DNA from: a virus
Lineage: Duplodnaviria > Caudoviricetes
IMG/VR virus record: IMGVR_UViG_3300006201_000013
Location: 6,905-70,904 of that record
Length of the DNA: 64,000 bases
Reading direction: 5' to 3' (one strand)
This document shows positions 1 through 7,470 of this stretch, one piece after another (within the stretch, counting starts at the first letter, position 1; the number at the start of each line of letters is the position of its first letter). Position numbers and translations under genes: made by a program. Below the pieces are notes generated by a model that had not been told where the DNA came from, ran no database searches, and saw only the letters and a list, made by a program, of their open reading frames with translations.

Positions 1-481
1 CACTCGTTTGGAGGACGCCGTAGACGTTCTTGTTAATGGAGATTGCAATAGCAAGGCCGCCGAGGTAGCATCTCTAAACGGGCGTATCTTCGGATACAAT
101 ACGCTGCTGGATTTTTGGGCCCAGTTCGACCCATACGAAATGAACATCGCCCTTGCATCCAACGATATAGCCCTCGATTTGTTGAAGATGCCTGAGTTTC
201 AAAACTCGTCTGCTGGATTCAGCTTTCAGCAACCGCATTGTGTCACCATGCCATTTGGGCCTATGCTGATTCGTTCTAACGCTGTGCCACAAAACACAGT
301 GATTGGAATCGACAAGCGCTTTGCTCTTGAGATGGGGCAAGTTGGAGATGTAACAACGGAATACGATAAGCTCATCAACCGTCAATTTGAGAGAACTGCC
401 ATCACTATTATCAGTGGATTCTCAAAAATCTATGATGAAGCAAGTCGAGTTTTAAGCACCTCATTGCAAAAGAAACGGTAA
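1..481 (+). CDS. Major capsid-like protein, C-terminal part (5' truncated by the window edge)
   Basis: Frame is open from base 2 (TRLEDAVDVLVNGD...). LLDFWAQFDPYEMN, LLKMPEFQN and GIDKRFALEM..GDV..EYDKLINRQFERTAIT.ISGFSKI resemble the C-terminus of a clostridial phage capsid family as I recall it. Confidence 0.55.
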   Translation, partial: TRLEDAVDVLVNGDCNSKAAEVASLNGRIFGYNTLLDFWAQFDPYEMNIALASNDIALDLLKMPEFQNSSAGFSFQQPHCVTMPFGPMLIRSNAVPQNTVIGIDKRFALEMGQVGDVTTEYDKLINRQFERTAITIISGFSKIYDEASRVLSTSLQKKR

Positions 482-647
482 CTCAGGTTGTAATGCGGAA
501 TATGGGATTGAAAGCGTCCATCATCTAAGGAGTGGGACGAAGCAGCATGGCTGTGGATAATGGGAAGGCACCCCGTAACTGGTAAGACTGCCCTCCCTTT
601 GGCGTAAAAACACACCATATCATTTATAAATCATACTGGAGGTACAT

Positions 648-998
648 ATGAAAAAGAAGTTTACTGCTGTGGCACTTTTTATCGTTCTGCTTATGGGACT
701 GGCGGCTTGTGCGTCCAAAGGCACAAAGGGGTACGAGTCAAACACGGGGCTGGTAGCTATCCCTGGTTTCAACGACTTGTACTACGATAGCCAGACCAAG
801 GTTGTGTATTTCGTGTTCAATGAGTGCTCTGGGTATCAGGGGTATGGGTATATGTCTGCCTACTACGCCCCGAATGGGCTCCCATATCTCTACGACCCAT
901 TCAATCAGGAATTGGCTGAAATTAGTTATGCACCGACCGAGCAGACCGAGAATCTCCAACCAAATTTTCTTTCAAGGGGAACGAATAGCGGATTATGA
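648..998 (+). CDS. Lipoprotein, unknown function
   Basis: GGAGG RBS; MKKK + hydrophobic stretch + lipobox LAAC. Confidence 0.75.
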   Translation: MKKKFTAVALFIVLLMGLAACASKGTKGYESNTGLVAIPGFNDLYYDSQTKVVYFVFNECSGYQGYGYMSAYYAPNGLPYLYDPFNQELAEISYAPTEQTENLQPNFLSRGTNSGL

Positions 999-1013
999 AG
1001 CTACGCTTTGGTG

Positions 1014-1193
1014 ATGAAAATGCAATATAAGTTCGGTGATGTTCTGATATACACCTCGCCGCAAGACTCCACTCGCAAAACTCCGTGTGTGTTCATACGG
1101 GATGAGAAAGGTCGAGCAGTCGTATGTTTTCGGCGTGCGGAGTGGGCGGCAAGAGTAAACTACCAGTTTCTGTCGAAACAGGAAGCAATATAA
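1014..1193 (+). CDS. Small hypothetical protein
   Basis: Short ORF in the same orientation as its neighbours; no recognised motif. Confidence 0.45.
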   Translation: MKMQYKFGDVLIYTSPQDSTRKTPCVFIRDEKGRAVVCFRRAEWAARVNYQFLSKQEAI

Positions 1194-1196
1194 TAA

Positions 1197-1358
1197 GTTA
1201 TGCGGTGGCGGAATAGGTAGACGCTAATGTCAGATAGGATGGCCTATCGGTTCGATTCCGACGGCTCTTAACCACGGTGAAATAGCCGACAGAGCAGGGG
1301 CTGATTTGGTACAAGGGAGTGGACATCCATGTAGGGTGCAAATCCTTGCCCGTATAAC
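1197..1358 (+). ncRNA. tRNA-like RNA with a 90-nt insertion replacing the anticodon loop
   Basis: Acceptor-like stem GTTATGCGG (1197-1205) / CCGTATAAC (1350-1358); Leu-type D arm TG-GCGGAATAGGTAGACGC; stem ATGTC (1227-1231) / GACAT (1322-1326); T-like arm GTAGGG-TGCAAAT-CCTTGC; no encoded CCA. Confidence 0.7.
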
Positions 1359-1376
1359 GATTCAAGGAGGCAGGCC

Positions 1377-1751
1377 ATGTTCCGTGTAATCATCGCTGGC
1401 GGTCGAGACTTCAAGGACTACGACCTGCTTGTTAAAACCATGAACCATCTTCTGTCCAATATCAAGGACGACATCACGGTAGTCTGCGGCAAAGCACGAG
1501 GAGCCGATACGCTTGGAGAGCAGTATGCCAAGGAGCAGGGTTATGCCGTGCAGTATTTTCCTGCAGATTGGGACAGGTATGGCAAGGCCGCTGGATACCT
1601 TCGCAATACGGAGATGGCCAAAAACGCTGATGCCTTAGTCGCATTTTGGGATGGAATGAGTTTGGGGACGCGGCACATGATTGAGACCGCAAAGGCACAC
1701 GGTCTAAAAGTTCGAGTGAAACGATACGATAAAGAAAGCGGGGTGCGTTGA
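1377..1751 (+). CDS. SLOG-superfamily (DUF2493/YspA-like) protein
   Basis: VIIAGGRDF, GKARGADTLGEQYA, FPADWDRYGKAAGYLRN, VAFWDG..GT.HMI. Confidence 0.85.
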   Translation: MFRVIIAGGRDFKDYDLLVKTMNHLLSNIKDDITVVCGKARGADTLGEQYAKEQGYAVQYFPADWDRYGKAAGYLRNTEMAKNADALVAFWDGMSLGTRHMIETAKAHGLKVRVKRYDKESGVR

Positions 1752-1754
1752 TAA

Positions 1755-2567
1755 ATGGAAGGGAAATTCGTCGTTTATGATTCTCAGGGGGAACTGAACC
1801 TGCGGCAAATCGCAGACTCTGGTCAGTGTTTCCGACTGAAAGAGTATGATGCAGACAAGTTTATTGCGGTCACGGGTTCTCACGCCGTTGACATCCACCG
1901 TCGTGGCGACGTTTACATCTTCTGGTGCGATACCAATGAGTTCCAGGAAGTTTGGACTCCATACTTTGACCTGGATACAGACTACAGAACGTTTAAGGCT
2001 CAGATGCAGGACGACCCGTTCCTGCAGGAAGCACTCAATAGCGGCGGCGGAATCCGTATCCTCCGGCAAGACCTGTGGGAAACGGCGGTTACATTCACCA
2101 TCTCCCAGCGCAATAATATCCCACGCATTGCCAAGTCGGTCGAGACATTATGCAGTAATTTCGGGACTTCACTGAAGGAAATCGGCGGACAACAGGTCTA
2201 CGCCTTCCCAACCCCCGACCAGCTTCTCTGGCCGGATTTGTCAGCCGCTGCACTTGGATATCGAGAGCCATACATCAAAGAGCTGTGTCGGAAAGGTGAC
2301 GACGTGTGGCAAAGTCTCCCCAACCTAAGCGATGCTCAAGCCAAGAAAACACTGATTGCCATGAAGGGTATCGGTGAGAAAGTGGCCAACTGCATTATGC
2401 TCTTTGGGCTCCATCGGATGGACAGCTATCCTCGGGACGTGTGGGTCAACCGCCTGATTGATGACGTGTATCATGGAGACTTCGACCCTGGCAAATACGC
2501 CGGGTTCGCCGGGTATGTCCAGCAGTTACAGTTCTACCACTATCGGAATAAGACGTTCAGCTTTTAG
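1755..2567 (+). CDS. ogg: 8-oxoguanine DNA glycosylase (Ogg, HhH-GPD family)
   Basis: LRQIADSGQCFR, ILRQDLWE..VTFTISQRNNIPRI, HhH motif GIGEKVANC with Lys, and PRDVW with the catalytic Asp. Confidence 0.88.
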   Translation: MEGKFVVYDSQGELNLRQIADSGQCFRLKEYDADKFIAVTGSHAVDIHRRGDVYIFWCDTNEFQEVWTPYFDLDTDYRTFKAQMQDDPFLQEALNSGGGIRILRQDLWETAVTFTISQRNNIPRIAKSVETLCSNFGTSLKEIGGQQVYAFPTPDQLLWPDLSAAALGYREPYIKELCRKGDDVWQSLPNLSDAQAKKTLIAMKGIGEKVANCIMLFGLHRMDSYPRDVWVNRLIDDVYHGDFDPGKYAGFAGYVQQLQFYHYRNKTFSF

Positions 2568-2577
2568 AAGCAGATTG

Positions 2578-2605
2578 AAGCCGCCGCAAGGCGGCTTTTT
2601 TATTT
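2578..2605 (+). terminator. Intrinsic terminator
   Basis: AAGCCGCC-GCAA-GGCGGCTT followed by a T run, just after the glycosylase stop. Confidence 0.85.
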
Positions 2606-2628
2606 TAATATTCGCCGGAGGTGAGGTC

Positions 2629-3603
2629 ATGATACAAATTCTGGAACTGTTCGGAGGCGTTGGCTCTCCACGCTGTGCCCTCCGTAATCTTGGCATTCCG
2701 ACAAAGGCAATCGACTATGTGGAGATTGATGAGAAGGCGGTCAGGACTTATAACAGTATGTTCCGTGAGGAGCTTCCATACAAGACTCAAAGCGTTGTTG
2801 GGTGGAACCTCAGACCCGATATCCTTATTCATGGAAGCCCGTGCCAGGATATGAGTATTTCGGGCCATCAGGGAAAGGCAACTGCCGTCAACGGACGAGT
2901 AAATCGCGGGCGTGGCGCAGACGAGGGAAGCGGAACTCGCTCCAGCCTAATGTGGGAAACCATCCACATCATCCAGCAAATGGGAGACTGGAAGCCGAAA
3001 TATGTCATCTGGGAGAATGTCAAGAATGTACTCACCAGATACAACCGCCACAACTTCGACCGATACATATCTGAACTTGAAAGGCTTGGGTATACGAGCA
3101 ACTATGCAGTTCTCGATGCAAGGGACTTCGGTCTGCCACAGGCCAGAGAGCGTGTGTTCACCATCTCCACTTTGAACGAGGGGGTGTTTGACTTCGATAG
3201 CCTAATTCACACCCCGATGCAAGATATCCGGTCGTTCCTGCTGGATAACGCTGAGGTTCCAAGCGTTTACGATGTAACCCAGCCAAGCGTTCTGAGTGTG
3301 ATTGGCGAAACGGGTATTAGGCGAGCGACAATCATTCGAGACTATGCTTTTACTGTGACAACCAGACAAGACAGAACACCGGCTCAGGTGGTGGACTGCG
3401 GAAATGGTCGTTACCGATATCTGACTGAGCTTGAATGCTGGCGTCTGCAAGGATATACCGACGAAGATTATCGAAGGGCCGAGCAGGCTCAGAAACGGGT
3501 CGGTCGTTACTATACAGCCTTGTATAAACAGGCTGGAAATTCTATTGCAGTTCCAATTTTCGAGAGCATCTTTCGCAAGATGCTACTCGGGGAAACAGCC
3601 TAA
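2629..3603 (+). CDS. DNA (cytosine-5) methyltransferase, orphan
   Basis: LELFGGVG (motif I), HGSPCQD (IV), WENVKNV (VI), QARERVF (VIII), GNSIAV (X); GGAGGTGAGG RBS before ATG 2629. Confidence 0.92.
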   Translation: MIQILELFGGVGSPRCALRNLGIPTKAIDYVEIDEKAVRTYNSMFREELPYKTQSVVGWNLRPDILIHGSPCQDMSISGHQGKATAVNGRVNRGRGADEGSGTRSSLMWETIHIIQQMGDWKPKYVIWENVKNVLTRYNRHNFDRYISELERLGYTSNYAVLDARDFGLPQARERVFTISTLNEGVFDFDSLIHTPMQDIRSFLLDNAEVPSVYDVTQPSVLSVIGETGIRRATIIRDYAFTVTTRQDRTPAQVVDCGNGRYRYLTELECWRLQGYTDEDYRRAEQAQKRVGRYYTALYKQAGNSIAVPIFESIFRKMLLGETA

Positions 3604-3610
3604 GCACAAC

Positions 3611-3863
3611 TCAGACCAGCCAGCCGCTTTGTAAATTTGTTGCAGTACATACCTCGTTTCCCTGCAACAGCTTTTCGCCCAAGGCAAAAGTAAGAATTTG
3701 GAGCTACGTTCCCATCGCCCAGCAGTCCGCTTCGCGGACGAGACTTTTCTCACTCGCATTGCCAAGCAATGCTCGTGAGTGCTGGGCTCGGGAACGACGC
3801 AATGCACATCGAGCGGCCCACTCACAATCGCCGCCCCGATGCGGAAAGCGGCTGGCTGTTTGA
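3611..3863. ncRNA. Highly structured intergenic element (candidate ncRNA or ssDNA structure)
   Basis: Perfect 14-bp closing inverted repeat 3617-3630 / 3845-3858 enclosing several nested perfect stems (3638-3645/3662-3669; 3707-3713/3790-3796; 3717-3724/3780-3787; 3725-3739; 3756-3772). Confidence 0.65.
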
Positions 3864-3884
3864 AATAAAATCGGAGGTGCCCAT

Positions 3885-4376
3885 ATGATTGATGTTGGAG
3901 CAAAGAGTGTGTGTTTCGCCTGCGACGAGTGCGGTATTCACGAGCAGATTGAACGCAGAATGCAGGTCGCCCGTGAGCTCGGGGAAAATCTCCAATACGA
4001 CCATTGTAGTTGCGACAAAGTCGGAGATGAGTTTTGGGCCGGAGGGTACTGCGAGGACGCTTTTGCTGAGAAACCCTCCAAAAGAAATGAAGTCAGGCGC
4101 AAAACGGGCCGTGCGTACAGGCGCAAAATGCGCCGCAAGACCATCAAAAAGTATCGCATCCGGGATGGTCAGGGGTGGTCGTTTGGGCCACACATCAACG
4201 GGCATTGGGAGGGCGATGAATATGTCCTTGGCAATTACGTTGAATATCCCAGAAGCTCAAAAAACAAGGTGTTCTTCAAGCGTGTGTCGAACAAGGCAGT
4301 CCGCCGGAGTGAAAGCCTCCCGCTCAAGGGGAACGGATACCGTAAGGTGTTCGACTACTGGTGGACGATTACTTAG
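3885..4376 (+). CDS. Hypothetical protein, Cys-rich N-terminus and Arg/Lys-rich C-terminus
   Basis: GGAGGT RBS; CFACDEC and HCSC..C motifs; strongly basic second half. Confidence 0.7.
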   Translation: MIDVGAKSVCFACDECGIHEQIERRMQVARELGENLQYDHCSCDKVGDEFWAGGYCEDAFAEKPSKRNEVRRKTGRAYRRKMRRKTIKKYRIRDGQGWSFGPHINGHWEGDEYVLGNYVEYPRSSKNKVFFKRVSNKAVRRSESLPLKGNGYRKVFDYWWTIT

Positions 4377-4388
4377 GGAGGCGATTCA

Positions 4389-4619
4389 TTGACTTCGTAC
4401 TACGTTACAACCACATCATCCACCGTCAATGATTGGTGGCACCGCTCTCCATACCTCTCACACTCATACTACCAGCCATTCAATGTCTGTACGCCAACAA
4501 AAGAGCGGACGGTTTGCATCCCAAAAGAGGAGATGCAGCAGATGAGTAACGAAGAGTTTGACGCTGCGTTCAAAGACCTGCTTTTTGGTGGCAGCAAACA
4601 GGAGGGAGAAAATGCCTAA
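4389..4619 (+). CDS. Small hypothetical protein
   Basis: GGAGG RBS before a TTG start; overlaps the next start codon. Confidence 0.5.
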   Translation: MTSYYVTTTSSTVNDWWHRSPYLSHSYYQPFNVCTPTKERTVCIPKEEMQQMSNEEFDAAFKDLLFGGSKQEGENA

Positions 4620-5196
4620 TTTCTACATCTCAGACTGGCACTACAACCACAAGAATTGCTTGGCATTTGACAACAGGCCGTTCACATCTATTGAGCAAAT
4701 GAACGAAGCGCTCGTAGAGCGCTGGAACAACGTGGTCAAGCCGGGCGACACAGTGTATGTGCTTGGCGATATGTTCTGGTGTGACTCAGAGATGGCAATC
4801 TCTGTGCTGGATTCTCTGTCTGGTAGGATTTTCCTGATTAAGGGGAACCACGACCGTTGTCACACTAAAAAGTTCACTGACAAGTTCGTAAAAGTCGCAG
4901 AATACATGGAGATTAAAGATAACGGACGCAATGTAGTGCTAAGTCACTATCCTATCCCATGTTTCAAAAATCATTTTTACGGATGGTATCATCTGTATGG
5001 TCATGTCCACAACTCATTCGAGTTCAACATGATGGAGCACGATAAATTTCTCATGCAGGAATTGTACTCCCGCCCATGCAATATGTTTAACGTTGGTGCC
5101 ATGATGCCATGGATGGACTACACACCACGGACGCTCGAACAGGTCGAATTGCTGTCCAATGGGTGGAAAATTGAATCTGTTGGAAAAAACGAGTAG
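4612..5196 (+). CDS. Calcineurin-like metallophosphoesterase
   Basis: ISDWH, LGDMF, KGNHD, LSHYP, LYGHVH motifs. Confidence 0.9.
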   Translation: MPNFYISDWHYNHKNCLAFDNRPFTSIEQMNEALVERWNNVVKPGDTVYVLGDMFWCDSEMAISVLDSLSGRIFLIKGNHDRCHTKKFTDKFVKVAEYMEIKDNGRNVVLSHYPIPCFKNHFYGWYHLYGHVHNSFEFNMMEHDKFLMQELYSRPCNMFNVGAMMPWMDYTPRTLEQVELLSNGWKIESVGKNE

Positions 5197-5249
5197 GTAT
5201 AAACCCCTGTCCGACAGCGGTTTCTCCTGTGCTTGATGGGGTGTTCTTA

Positions 5250-5258
5250 TGCTACAAT
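5250..5258 (+). promoter_or_regulatory. Extended -10 promoter candidate upstream of the desulfurase operon
   Basis: TGcTACAAT about 25 nt before the GGAGGG RBS region and ATG 5284; no clear -35. Confidence 0.45.
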
Positions 5259-5283
5259 TTATAAAGCTGCAAGGAGGGCGTCA

Positions 5284-6444
5284 ATGATTTATCTTGATGC
5301 AGCGGCTACGACCCCGATTGACCCAAGGGTCTTGGAATCTATGATGCCGTACCTGACGACCCAATACGGAAACGCCGGTACGCTCTACAGATTCGGACGG
5401 GCGGCCAACGAAGCGATTCAAGAATCGAGAGCACGGGTGGCCCGGTTTATCGGCGCAGACCCAAACAGCATCATTTTCACATCCGGCGGCAGCGAGGCCA
5501 ACAACCTTGTGTTCCACGGCGTAAGAGACTATCTCAAGCGCATTGGGCGCACACATATCCTCGTTTCTGCCGTGGAGCACGACAGTGTTCTCAGAGCCGC
5601 AGAGAGCCTTATGAAAGACGGATTTGATGTCGAGTATATTCCCGTACTCGGCAACGGAACCGTGCCTTCTGCGGCTGTTGAGCGGGCTTTACGGGCAGAT
5701 ACCGGGCTGGTGTCCGTCATGTATGTCAACAATGAAACCGGCGTAGAGAATCCGGTGGGCGATATTGGGAGCATCTGCTTGAAGCACGGCGTTCTGTTCC
5801 ATACGGACTGTGTACAGGCCGCCGGGTGCCACCCCATCGACACCACCAGTATCGGCTGTGATTTCCTGTCCATCTCGGCCCACAAAATCCATGGCCCCAA
5901 GGGCACGGGCGCTCTCTATGCCAAGGATTCCTCCATCCTATCTCCTCTCATCTATGGCGGACACGACCAGGAGTTTGGGCTACGGGGCGGAACGGAAAAC
6001 GTGGCCGGTATCGTTGGGTTTGGACGGGCGTGCGAGATTGCCAGCGCCCAGCAGAATGAGGACAGAACGACCGTCTCCATGCTCAAGCAACGGTTCGTGA
6101 CAGAGCTTCAGAGCCATCTCGGTGGCGATACCGTACATATCAACGGGACATCCCTTCTGGCTCCAGGGAAAACGGTCAATCTCCGAATTGACGGTGTTGA
6201 TAACGAGACCCTTATCCTGATGCTGGACAATGCGGATGTCTGCATTGCCGCCGGGTCTGCCTGTCAGAGCCACGAGTCCAAACCGAGCCATGTGCTCACG
6301 GCAATGGGGCTTACTACAGAAGAAGCAAGGAGTTCCATCCGTGTCTCGTTCTCCAGAATGAACACGGTGGATGAGGTTATGGACGCAGCCCACACTCTGG
6401 CATCTTTTGCCGATGTGCTGCGCTCACACAGAACGGAGGAATAG
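5284..6444 (+). CDS. iscS: Cysteine desulfurase, group I (IscS/NifS type)
   Basis: YLDAAATTP, FTSGGSEANN, HTDCVQA, SAHKIHGPKG (PLP Lys), GGTENVAG, AGSAC (catalytic Cys). Confidence 0.93.
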   Translation: MIYLDAAATTPIDPRVLESMMPYLTTQYGNAGTLYRFGRAANEAIQESRARVARFIGADPNSIIFTSGGSEANNLVFHGVRDYLKRIGRTHILVSAVEHDSVLRAAESLMKDGFDVEYIPVLGNGTVPSAAVERALRADTGLVSVMYVNNETGVENPVGDIGSICLKHGVLFHTDCVQAAGCHPIDTTSIGCDFLSISAHKIHGPKGTGALYAKDSSILSPLIYGGHDQEFGLRGGTENVAGIVGFGRACEIASAQQNEDRTTVSMLKQRFVTELQSHLGGDTVHINGTSLLAPGKTVNLRIDGVDNETLILMLDNADVCIAAGSACQSHESKPSHVLTAMGLTTEEARSSIRVSFSRMNTVDEVMDAAHTLASFADVLRSHRTEE

Positions 6445-6447
6445 GCT

Positions 6448-7470
6448 ATGACAATCGAGCAAATCAAAGAAATGGTGGCGGGTTCCGAGTACGATTTCCT
6501 CAGAACCAACCCACATCTGAAAGACAGAATCATCTTCCTGACGCTGGGCGGCAGCTACTCATACGGCACAAATGTGGAGACATCAGACGTGGATGTTCGT
6601 GGCTGTGCCTTAAACACTCCCTCTGATTTGCTCGGCCTTACCAATTTCGAGCAGGTCGTTCATACGCAGACCGACACCACGGTCTATTCCTTCAACAAGC
6701 TCATCAAGCTCCTGCTCAACTGCAATCCCAACACCATCGAAATGCTGGGGTGCAAACCGGAACACTACTTCCTGCTCACTGATACCGGCAGGATGATGAT
6801 TGAGAATCGGAAGCTGTTTATGTCCAAGCGTGCAGTCCACTCCTTCGGTGGGTATGCCACGCAGCAGCTCCGGCGGTTGGAGAACGCCCTTGCCAGAGAC
6901 AAAATGCCGCAGAGTCGGTGGGAGGAGCATATCCGTAACTCCATGGAGCGTGCAGTGCAGTCCTTCAAAAGTCGCTACACCAAGTTCGACAAGGGCAGCT
7001 TTATTCTCTACACTGACGATAGCCCACGAGAGGATTTAGACCGTGAGATTTTCGCCGACATTACCTTGAAGAAATTCCCGGCCAGGGAGTTCAACAGCAT
7101 GATTAACGACCTGACCAACGTGCTCAGCGACTATGAAAAGTTGAACCACAGGAACAATAAAAAGGACGACAACCACCTCAACAAGCACGCCATGCACCTC
7201 ATCCGGCTGTACCTGATGTGCCTGGACATCCTGGAGAAGGGCGACATCGTTACCTACAGGGGCAACGACCTCGACCTGCTCATGAGTATCCGGCATGGGG
7301 AGTACCAGAAAGAGGACGGGACGTACCGGCAGGAGTTCTTCGATATGGTTAGCGAGTTCGAGGCTCGACTGGCCTATGCCAAGGAGAACACGGCTCTACC
7401 GGAGAATCCCGACATGAAGCGTGTCGAGGAGTTCATCATAGAAGTGAACAGGAGGTCTTTGGATGGGTAG
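6448..7470 (+). CDS. DNA polymerase beta-superfamily nucleotidyltransferase (RlaP / T4 NrdC.11-like)
   Basis: GGSYSYGTN..TSDVDVRG (GS..DxD), LL.CNPNTIEML, FGGYA..QL, KHAMHLIRL. Confidence 0.82.
   Translation: MTIEQIKEMVAGSEYDFLRTNPHLKDRIIFLTLGGSYSYGTNVETSDVDVRGCALNTPSDLLGLTNFEQVVHTQTDTTVYSFNKLIKLLLNCNPNTIEMLGCKPEHYFLLTDTGRMMIENRKLFMSKRAVHSFGGYATQQLRRLENALARDKMPQSRWEEHIRNSMERAVQSFKSRYTKFDKGSFILYTDDSPREDLDREIFADITLKKFPAREFNSMINDLTNVLSDYEKLNHRNNKKDDNHLNKHAMHLIRLYLMCLDILEKGDIVTYRGNDLDLLMSIRHGEYQKEDGTYRQEFFDMVSEFEARLAYAKENTALPENPDMKRVEEFIIEVNRRSLDG

Noticed and set aside
540-605. Imperfect hairpin GGGAAGGCA...TGCCCTCCC after the capsid-like ORF
   Set aside because: Weak, large loop and short T tail; not enough to call a terminator or RNA.
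1197-1358. Ordinary tRNA-Leu or tmRNA
   Set aside because: No 7-nt anticodon loop; too short for tmRNA and it has a D arm.
3611-3863. Retron msr-msd, RNase P RNA or CRISPR array
   Set aside because: No RT nearby, I could not find RNase P consensus motifs on either strand, and there are no spaced direct repeats.
5284-6444. Dnd/Ssp phosphorothioation system
   Set aside because: No dndBCDE or sspBCD-like genes (PAPS reductase, ATPase) are visible in the window.
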